DNA of 63,916 bases, filler included, from Octopus bimaculoides (lineage: Eukaryota): NCBI RefSeq assembly GCF_001194135.2. It is 8 parts of 8 records of this genome, joined end to end, with 100 filler letters (N's around TTAATTAATTAA, not from the genome) between each part and the next. Parts side by side here need not be neighbours in the genome. Positions count along the whole stretch, not along the records: positions 51,791 to 55,240 come from NW_026387502.1; positions 55,341 to 61,476 come from NC_068986.1; positions 61,577 to 63,916 come from NW_026399269.1; 5 more parts are not named here. One strand, written 5' to 3'. Of the stretch, positions 54,253 to 63,916 are shown piece after piece. Both the position numbers and the translations under genes were made by a program. The notes under the pieces were generated by a model. That model was given only the letters and a program-made list of their open reading frames with translations. It was not told where the DNA came from and did not search any database. Every line of letters starts with the position of its first letter. Position 1 is the stretch's first letter.

Positions 54253-54560
54253 TGTAAAGATACAATTAGCTGTGCCCCTGGAGGAATGAAAGCCACACTG
54301 AGACTCAGACACTATATTTGGAACTATGAAGGTATTTAAACGTTCTAACAAAATGCTGGCAAGTACCTTTCCAACCACAGACAAAAGCGAAATCCCACGA
54401 AAATTACCACACAGATTCTTTGGCCCCGATTTATACAAGGAGACTAAAATGGCATCAATCCAATCTTGAGACACCTTCACAGTTCTCCAACAGTGGCAAA
54501 TTAATATATTTAAGAGTTCAAACATTTTGTCACCTCCATATTTCAAGATTTCTGTACAGA
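54253..54560 (-). mobile_element. RTE-clade LINE reverse transcriptase fragment
   Basis: KYGG...W....V.QDW.DA....LYK......CGNFRGISLLSVVGKVLA.IL..RL......ESQCGF...RGT...IF. Confidence 0.85.
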
Positions 54561-54989
54561 TTCCATTAGACCCTGGAGACGTATTGTTATTAAGTTTATT
54601 CGTCTTTGCTCCTGGTGCTATATGAACATTTATTGTGGTTTAGAGTCAAGATTTGACTGCTATTTTCGGCGTGGTGGTATCTCTTAGATACCCTAAATTA
54701 TAATTTTAAATAATTGTTACCTTTGATGGTTTTTATTCCCATGCTGGTCACTTGATAAAATCGATATTTAAATATCGATCTTATCCTTATTTATATAAAT
54801 TTATTTCATCATTATATTTACTGCGGTGATACTCTCTGACCTTATCACACGAGGAGTTCTTAGGCGGGAAATTTAAACTGGTCGTGTGCATACGTGCATA
54901 TATATGTATGTATACCTTCGTATATGTAAGTATATCGTATGTTATATATATATATATATATATTTGTATTTATGAGCTCTTCTGAGTGT

Positions 54990-55047
54990 ATTCCACTGAT
55001 GAGGCAAAGCATTTCTTATGCAAAGCCAGAAATCCGGGATCTGGAAT
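54990..55047 (+). ncRNA. Type I hammerhead ribozyme
   Basis: AUUCCA-CUGAUGA-GGC(19 nt)GCC-A-GAA-AUCC(G)GGAU-C-UGGAAU; one extra A before G12. Confidence 0.7.
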
Positions 55048-55503
55048 TATCCAGTAATTTTTGCTAGTTTTTTTTTGTCTCTTCGTCTTCGCTCCTGGTG
55101 CTATATGAACATTTATTGTGATTTAGAGTAAAGATTTGACTGCTATTTTCAGCGTGGCGGTATCTCTAAGATACTCTAAATTATAATCTTAATATATATA
55201 TATATATATATATATACTGTTGTGTCTGGGGAGAGTCATTNNNNNNNNNNNNNNNNNNNNNNNNNNNNNNNNNNNNNNNNNNNNTTAATTAATTAANNNN
55301 NNNNNNNNNNNNNNNNNNNNNNNNNNNNNNNNNNNNNNNNATACATACATACAGCCAGATACACAACCTCGCACACACAATATGTCTACCCCATCATCTC
55401 GACAATTTGCTTTCGTTTTCTCTCGACCTCTCTTTTTTCATCATACCCATCCTCTCTCTCCCCTTCTCTACCTCCCCACTTTCTCTCTCTTGCCCTCTCT
55501 CGT

Positions 55504-55555
<52 letters not shown>

Positions 55556-55949
55556 CCTCTCTCACCTTTCCGCGCATCTCTCACTCTCCTTCGCTCAGCA
55601 CTTTTTAGCTTGATGTCTGTGCGTCTCTATGTTACAAACGAAACAAAAATGTTTGCAGTACATGTAGTAGATAAAGAGCCGAAAAAAGTGAGAGACCTTA
55701 AAAAAATAGATACGATAATATAAATGTTATCTTATTATTTCAATCTTTCAGAGTTTTTTCTTATCGTTTATTTGAAGGCATGTTCTTGCACAGAAGAATA
55801 TCGCAACGTTTGCAAATACTAAACATGTCACAGCGTTCACTCCCCCCTTCAGCGTGCTGAAATAACATACATAGTTCCAGACTACATGAAGGAGCTCATC
55901 GTCGAATACTACCATGTATTAGTATAACCAATACTACCATGTATTAGTA

Positions 55950-56600
55950 CAGAGATTCTCAAACTTTTTTTGGAGACCGCCCCACTACCCACCTCATGGC
56001 CACATAATACCTTCAGCACCCTCACCCCTAGTTTTAAGTATAAATAAATATTTTATATTTTACTAATTTATATAAACTATGAATCATTTGATATTTCATA
56101 TAATATTACATATTTTGTATACAATACTATAATGTGGAGGCGCAATGGCCCAGTGGTTAGGGCAGCGGAGTAGAGGTCGGAAAATCGCGGTTTCGATTCC
56201 GAGACCGGGCGTTGTGTGTGTTTATTGAGCGAAAACACTTATAGCACCACGAGGCTTCAACAGGGAGTGTTGGCGACCCCTGTTGTACTTTTTCGCCCCA
56301 ACTTTCTCTCACTCTCGCCTCCTGTTTCTTGAGTAAAGCTGCGATGGTCTGGCGTCCCATACAGCTGGTGGGGGTGGGGGGACATACGCCATTGAAACCG
56401 GGAAACGGGGCCCATAAGCCTGGCTAGGCTTTAACGGGCGCATAAAGAAAAAAAAACTATAATATCATAATTAATTCATAGCGTCCCCTAATTCACTGTC
56501 TTCCTCCCAACGCCTCCTTTTTCTCTAACCTACACAGCACTCCTTTGGCACCAGTGCCCACCTCGACCATTTCAACGCCCTATGCATTTGAGAACCTATG
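55950..56600. mobile_element. hAT (Charlie-like) MITE interrupted by a SINE
   Basis: TIRs CAGAGATTCTCAAA / TTTGAGAACCTATG; flanks TATTAGTA / CATTATTA (6 of 8 match). Confidence 0.55.
56134..56455 (+). mobile_element. SINE with family A head and a different tail; 8-bp TSD
   Basis: TGGAGGCGCAATGGCCCAGTGGTTAGG head; ACTATAAT at 56126-56133 and 56456-56463. Confidence 0.75.
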
Positions 56601-56601
<1 letters not shown>

Positions 56602-56694
<93 letters not shown>

Positions 56695-57000
56695 AACCTT
56701 GAGGTTAATAGCCTGCGCTCTTAACTAATACGCCATATGCTCGTAGGCAATTATGGAGAGAATTTTAGGGCTTATAAATAATAATGATGATGATGAGGAT
56801 GATAACAATAAAAACATCGGAAATATACCTTAGGATTGAGTACCTAGGTTCGAAATTCTCCCCAAGCCACCTGATGAAGGCTGGAGAGTAAATCAGTCGA
56901 AATGTTGTGTTAGCAATAAATAAGATGAGGCCAAATATGAGTCAAATGTAAATAATGTAAATAATGTACGTAACTCCTCATCTCTCAAATATAGAACTAT
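56602..57000 (+). mobile_element. tRNA-head / hammerhead element, copy 1 (head inverted)
   Basis: (ATT)n plus reverse-complement head at 56692-56742; body with CTGATGA at 56871 and GAAA at 56899. Confidence 0.7.
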
Positions 57001-57082
57001 ATTAAACTGATATGAATATTAGAACTGATGTACGCTTGAACTAAGCCGAAAGAAATTAGAGTTATTTCTTTCTATGATGCCA

Positions 57083-57450
57083 ACGAGGCATTCCGTCGGT
57101 TACGACAACGAGGGTTCAAGTTCATCCGATCAACAGAACAGCCTGCTCGTGAAATGAACGTGCAAGTGGCTGAGCACTCCACAGACACGTGTACCCTTAA
57201 CGTAGTTCTCGGGGAGATTCAGCGTGACACAGAGTGTGACAAGGCTGGCCCTTTGAAATACAGGTACAACAGAAACAGGAAGAAGGAGTGAGATAAAATT
57301 GTGGTGAAAGGGTACAGCAGGATTCGCCACCACCCCCTGCCGGAGCCTCGTGGGGCTTTAGGTGTTTTCCTCAATAAACACTCACAACGCCCGGTCTGAG
57401 GATCGAAACCGCGAGCTTGCTGCCCTAGCCACTTGGATATTGCACCTCCA
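57083..57450 (-). mobile_element. SINE family A, full length
   Basis: Head at 57450 matches 56135; tail matches 2190 and 45906. Confidence 0.9.
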
Positions 57451-58439
57451 CTCTATGATGTAATTACAATTAGAAGAAGGCGCTAAGTTATTCTTATCTT
57501 GTTATAGTCTGGAAGTAAAATAGTTAATGGCATTAGCAAATTTCGTACAGAAATAGCTTACATTTAGCATGATTCTATTAAATACTTTCTGGTATATCTG
57601 ATTTAACTAAAAATGGAATGGGATTAAGTGTAAGAGGTTTCTGATAATATATGTGCAGTATGTTAAACTAAAAACAGGATTAAACCGTAAAGTATTTCTT
57701 GTTCTACATTTTAAGCTGGGTAACATTATTACAGGTCGTGTATTGCTTTTTATCTGTAGTATCAATTATAGAAAGTGCTTCACTATAATGTTGTGAAGCA
57801 TAGATGAATGCATCCTTATCAGTATTGGGAACTAAATTACATCTACTATTGCAGAATGTTCGAACCTTTATTCGTATTAATGAGTTCATTAGGTTTCAGT
57901 GAGGGAAGAATTTGTGTCTAAATTTAATGCAATATCCAGAAAGCTAACTCTTCTTATCAGCTGTAATTCTTATAACTATTTCGTGAATATTGTCGTTTTC
58001 TAAACTTATTCCGCTTGTGAGTATTTAGGCTGCGTATGACAATAAGACAGCCGTTTCATTATATACATCCTCGCGAGTTATGCAATATTTATGTAATTTA
58101 CAAAAGATAAAAATATGTGTGTATAAGAAAACTATATGTTAATATGTATAGTTGCCAAAATGAAAGAAACTAATAATATATTGACAACTACGTGCGTGTG
58201 ATGTCTAATAGTGGCGCAGGGAAACAAATCACTAACTGCGAATGAGTTAAAAGATATTTCAAAGTGGTGATACGTACTATAAAAGCTGTCGTGTTTTTCC
58301 ATATTTGGTTAGATCTGTTTTATTATTTGCCTATCAGAGACACATAATTGCTAAACAAAAAATTTGTGGTATATTTTCTAGAGACTAACACATCACAATT
58401 CATTAGTGACTTCAAGTCATGTTCTTATAATTTTTTATC

Positions 58440-58830
58440 TTTTCATTTGTTTCATTCATTCGTTTGCGGCCATGCTGGGGGTAGCGCCTTCAATATTTTA
58501 GCAAACAAATCAACAATTTTGTTGATAAGAAGTTTTTAAAAACTGCAACTTATTCTGCCGTTCTCTTTTGTCGAACCGTTAATTTATGACTTAAGCAAAC
58601 CAACAACGCACTGGAGGAGAGGTGCTTAACAAACACAGACATAAAATCACGCACAGATTGACATATACACTCCTGATAGGCTTCCAGACTCTTTCCGTCA
58701 GTGAAATTATCTCAGAAAGCATGTCGACCCAAGGCAAAAGCAGAATTCAATTGAGTAATGTACCACATAGTGAGCACGAACCCGAAATCACGTTGCTGCA
58801 AGCATGCTTCTTAGTCACTCAGCCATGACT
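58440..58830 (-). mobile_element. Old, diverged SINE family B copy
   Basis: Same order of motifs (GCGGCCATGCTGG, GAACCG.TAA, TTCCGTC, CCCAAGG, GAACCCG). Confidence 0.6.
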
Positions 58831-58866
58831 GCACCAATAGACATTATTGTTAAATACATATTTTAT

Positions 58867-59132
58867 TACGCCATATGCCCACGGGAATATGGCGTAGTGG
58901 TTAAGAGCGCGAGCTACTAACCCCAAAATTCCGATTTCGATTCCAAGCTGTGACCTGAATAATGATAATAATAATAGTAATAATAATGATAATTACATCA
59001 AAAAATACCTTAGGAATAAGAACCCAGGTTCGAAATTTCCCCACGACACCTGATGAAGGCTGAAGAGTATATCAGCCGAAACGTTGTGTTAACAACAAAC
59101 AAGATGAAGACAAATATCCGTCAAATGTAAAT
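58867..59132 (+). mobile_element. tRNA-head / hammerhead element, copy 2
   Basis: TGGCGTAGTGGTTAAG A-box, TTTCGATTCC B-box-like, (AAT)n spacer, hammerhead at 59045-59090. Confidence 0.75.
59045..59090 (+). ncRNA. Minimal type I hammerhead ribozyme with loopless palindromic helix III
   Basis: GACAC-CUGAUGA-A-GGCUGA(AGAGUAUA)UCAGCC-GAA-ACGU-U-GUGUU. Confidence 0.75.
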
Positions 59133-59883
59133 GCTGCACATTATACTTCATCACTTAAATATATATTTTTCTTAAACACGTCTAACAGTGAAGACATGAA
59201 TGAAATCTATAATGCTCCGACGGAATAGCATGATTAAAGACGGAGCGTTATATTTTAAAAGCCACAGACACTGTTTCTTTTGAAAAGGTTTCGACCAGAT
59301 GACATTTGAATAGATTTAAAGGTTGCTTTTAGCTATATATTAATACAACCAGAAACCTGAAATATAATTTCTCGCTAAGCATGAACAAAATCATTGAAAG
59401 TAAAGGCTGTAATAACTTCCTTCATGGCTCTGATCGATTAGGTCAAGGAAGAAAATTAAACCGTAACGACAGCACCATTATGTGAAACCGTACATTGACA
59501 CACGTATATGTTAATATATGGATATGCGTGAAAACACACACACATACATATATGTATAATCACGTATATTAACATGTAAACATGTTAATATATGTATATG
59601 CGTTAAAACACACATACATATATGTATAATCACATCTATAGATTACTTTTCCGTTGAAGTAAGATCGAGAAAAGAAATACTCCATCCAGTGAGAAGTACT
59701 GCATAGGCCATGTGCTCAGAGCCTGGAAATTGCTTGGATGCAGAAGGAGTGTTTTTAAAACTTGCCTAGAGTACATCTCCAATGCATGAAACTCTTAGTA
59801 ACTCTTAACCGTATATTGTGTACATCAAATATTATATGAACACGCATGCGCTCACACACACACATATATAAGTAAATTTATAT

Positions 59884-59924
<41 letters not shown>

Positions 59925-60067
59925 CGTGCGTATAAGTGTTTGTAACGAACCAAAATCATAATGGTGAACAAGAAAGTGGTGGATGAATAGTTCCAAATAT
60001 ATTCATATGTAACAACTGATATTGTTATAAGTGCACTTGACTATTAATAAAATAAAAATACATGTAT

Positions 60068-60108
<41 letters not shown>

Positions 60109-61155
60109 TATGCACATACATATGTGGGTATGTGAGCATATAAATATACATATGTATATATATATCTTTATATATATATGTATGTTGAGCGTTAATTGTG
60201 CTTCAGATTTCAAAGTTTTGTCAGAAATTTGGAGCAATTCAATCTACTTTATTCTGAGAAATAATAAGCATATAAAAAGGTGTGTCTGAAGGTAGATACA
60301 GTTTCTTGCACCCAGGTTGTATCTGTGTGCTCACGTACTTAGAGCCTTTGATATCTGTAAGTGATTACATCACCACATATGCGCACGCAAATATAATCAT
60401 GTGTTAGAATATCTACATGTATACCAAACCAGTCATGCAGCCATCGTACTGATCTGTCAACACGTACACTCCTATATTTATATAGATATGCTTAGAATTG
60501 AGCTGGATGTGTTTTCGTGGGATTACCATTAGTACTGGCTCGTTGAAAGAGAGCTTAATGTGCCAGTTGTTATCATTGTCAAGTATAATAAAAAATCAAA
60601 ATTGATATAGGATGGTCTGGCTTTAATAAGTTGAAAGATATGTGTATACAGAACTAAACGGGTACTCCGTCGATTACGACGATGAGGGTTCCTGTTGATC
60701 CGATCAAGGGAACAGCCTGCTCGTGAAGAAAATGAAGGGCCATGAGGAGATTCACTCACATGTTATTTGCTGTATTGCGGGTGAGGACACGAGGTCAAAG
60801 GATTGGCTTTTCTTTGGAACAGGACACTGAGTGGATAGGTGTGTTTCCATAGATTGAAGAAGATCTTCATGCATATATGGGACCGATCTCTGGGTACACG
60901 GTCTGATGGTGTAAATGCAAAAAGAAAAAAAAGAAATAATAAAATAATATGAAAGAATTACAGACGCCCTTGCGATTGGTCAAAATGTAGGGTAAAAGGA
61001 AAAATCGAAAGTGTGTGATTGGCCGGGATGGCGAAGATAATTTTTTTATTCCATGAACGAGAGTTCCAGAAGGGTTTCGTCATGTGATGACGGCGGCGCC
61101 GCCGTTGCTGCTACCGTTGTAGTAGTGAATGTGGTGCCGGTGGTAGCAGTAGTAA

Positions 61156-61189
<34 letters not shown>

Positions 61190-62264
61190 TAGTAACAACT
61201 GCTGTTGCATTAGTTCCTTAAAATGTAATCCTTTCATCCTTTGCGCGTAAACGTATGCAGGTCCGTGTGTAAGACTGTTTAACTCTGTTTGTGATTCTAC
61301 GTGTGTCTGTGTGTCAGTGCGAATTATATGCACCCGTCTGAATTTGTGATTGCATATTCTCACCGCATATGAAAGTATTCATCTATCCATCCCTCCATCC
61401 ATCCATCCATACATACATACATACGTGCGTACATGCATACATACATACACATATGTATATATATATATATATATATNNNNNNNNNNNNNNNNNNNNNNNN
61501 NNNNNNNNNNNNNNNNNNNNTTAATTAATTAANNNNNNNNNNNNNNNNNNNNNNNNNNNNNNNNNNNNNNNNNNNNGCTCCAGCATGGCCGCAGTCAAAT
61601 GACTGAAACAAGTAAAAGAGTATCTGGTGAGATGGAAAAGAAGAAAAAAAAAATCCTTAATAAGGTCCAGGGCAGTTTTGAACTCTGCAACAGGATGTTT
61701 CTATGGACAGAAGTCTTTACTCACCAGGCCATCAACAAATGATATATTTAAACCTATCAATTATATAGGATCAATAAACAATCATTAATATAGCTTTAGA
61801 TACTTCACTTGTTATGTAAACAATGTCACTGGCTTCATGGTACAGTAGAAAAGATGGTTTGTGTGAAGATGAAGGCTGGAGGTTCAATTTCTCTTGGTTA
61901 TTAGGATGGAGGCACTTACTACATAATTTTAGTTTTTGTTTTATTCATCTCTGAAGGAGGTGGGGTGCAAACATTTTAAGCCAGACCCCAGGAAAAGATT
62001 GAATTCTTGTCCTGGATATCCTATGGTCATCTCTCTACGTGTCTTTATACACAAGACTACAAAAGTTTAGCTGGAAAAAAAAAAAATGAGATACTGCAAC
62101 CAATTTTTTTTATTAATTATTGATGTGATAGGTTTAAATATGCAATTTACAATCCAAATATTGTTGCTGTCTAGTTGGCCTTGTGGGTAAGGGTGTTAGC
62201 CAGTGATAGAGGGTTCAATCTCTGTCAGATACATCACTTTGTTTTTATCTCCAAGCAAATACCT

Positions 62265-62435
62265 TTTTTTTTTACTCTTTTACTTGTTTCAGTCATTTGA
62301 CTGCGGCCATGCTGGAGCACCGCTTTTAGTCGAGAAATTCGACTCCAGGATTTATTCTTTGGATGCCTAGTACTTATTCTATCGGTCTCTTTTTGCCGAA
62401 CCGCTAAGTTACGGGGACGTAAACACACCAGCATT
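62265..62435 (-). mobile_element. SINE family B, 3' part
   Basis: Matches 9231-9400; further short tails near 37697, 47755, 50005 and 61578. Confidence 0.85.
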
Positions 62436-63359
62436 GTTTAATTATTATATTTATTTGTGGTAAGTAGCTACTTACCACAAATAAATATAATAATTAAACA
62501 ATAATTTTTCTTTTAAACAACGTAAATAATTTTTTTTTAATTAAATTTTTTTTCTAAACCACGTAAATAAATAATAAAAAAACAAATCAAATAAAAANNN
62601 NNNNNNNNNNNNNNNNNNNNNNNNNNNNNNNNNNNNNNNNNNNNNNNNNNNNNNNNNNNNNNNNNNNNNNNNNNNNNNNNNNNNNNNNNNNNNNNNNNNN
62701 NNNNNNNNNNNNNNNNNNNNNNNNNNNNNNNNNNNNNNNNNNNNNNNNNNNNNNNNNNNNNNNNNNNNNNNNNNNNNNNNNNNNNNNNNNNNNNNNNNNN
62801 NNNNNNNNNNNNNNNNNNNNNNNNNNNNNNNNNNNNNNNNNNNNNNNNNNNNNNNNNNNNNNNNNNNNNNNNNNNNNNNNNNNNNNNNNNNNNNNNNNNN
62901 NNNNNNNNNNNNNNNNNNNNNNNNNNNNNNNNNNNNNNNNNNNNNNNNNNNNNNNNNNNNNNNNNNNNNNNNNNNNNNNNNNNNNNNNNNNNNNNNNNNN
63001 NNNNNNNNNNNNNNNNNNNNNNNNNNNNNNNNNNNNNNNNNNNNNNNNNNNNNNNNNNNNNNNNNNNNNGCCTTGGAAATACCCATCTCTCTTTGGAAAA
63101 ACTAGATAAGTACCTATGTGTTCCTGTTTCTTTTCTGTCGTTTATTGAAAGCTTATTATTATTATTAGGGAAAATAGAAGGTTAAATGTACATAAGGTGT
63201 TTTCTGTTTTGCTTTTGACTTACGAGATTATTGTAGAGAGGTTTAACTTTCATTATTCCCGATTTAAGAGAATTTCTTTAGTTCCAAATATATAATTGTT
63301 CGTTCCTTTATTTATTTATTTATTTTTCCCTATCCAAGTCGAATCCTTTTCAAGAGTTT

Positions 63360-63830
63360 GTATAACTTCTCTCTCTCGCTCTCTTCTCCATCATACCGTC
63401 TTTCCCCCCTTTCTCTATTGCTTCTCTCTAAATACGTAAATACACTCTCTCTCTATCTCTTTATTTCATTCCATCATCCCATAATTCTTCTCTCTTCCAC
63501 TGTTCTTTCTCTCTCTCTCTCTCCACTATAAATACATAGACACACACACTCTCTCTTTCTCTTTACTTTTCTCCTGACACAATCTTTCTCTCTCTTCTCT
63601 TCACTTCTAACACAGCCTTTCTTCTCTCAGACCCTCAACCTTTATCATAAATACATACCCCCCTCTCTCTCTGTCTTTTCACTTCTCTCTATCACGTCTT
63701 TCTTCTCTCAGCCTCTCAAATAGACACGAACACACTCTCTCTCTCTCCGCCTCTCAAATAGACACGAACATTCTCTCTCTCTCAGCCACTTAATCTCTCT
63801 AAATATAGACACTTTCTTTCTCTATTTCTT
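63360..63830. repeat. Degenerate CT-rich repeat with a ~40-bp tandem duplication
   Basis: GCCTCTCAAATAGACACGAACA occurs twice (63710, 63749). Confidence 0.8.
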
Positions 63831-63916
63831 CACTACCCTCCATCACACTTAAAATAAAAAAAATAAATAGATAAATTAATAAATTAACCACAAAAATGTC
63901 CAGAACCTGGAGAAGC

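Overview
Repeat-dominated, gap-rich animal genomic DNA. The SINE families, the TA/CA/GA microsatellite load and the N44-TTAATTAATTAA-N44 gap linkers are most consistent with an octopod cephalopod draft assembly; this is inferred from recall, not from a search. No long intact host CDS is present, and nearly all ORF-track entries are microsatellite or N-gap artefacts. Recognisable transposon relics: two Penelope-like (RT + GIY-YIG) fragments, two mariner-family transposase pseudogenes, L1/Tx1, RTE and HERO-like LINE fragments, Helitron pieces, four tRNA-derived SINE families, and several foldback/MITE elements. Three of the foldbacks carry TTAGGG-like repeats. A few phase-compatible micro-exon candidates suggest a + strand host gene ending near 47.25 kb (low confidence). 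The most notable signal is a set of minimal type I hammerhead ribozyme motifs with palindromic helix III. They occur beside a Penelope relic (7690-7745), inside a 483-bp-period direct repeat (54990-55047), in a tail-to-tail foldback (27500-27765), and in two copies of a tRNA-headed SINE-like element whose head is inverted or duplicated (56602-57000, 58867-59132). All structures were folded by eye.
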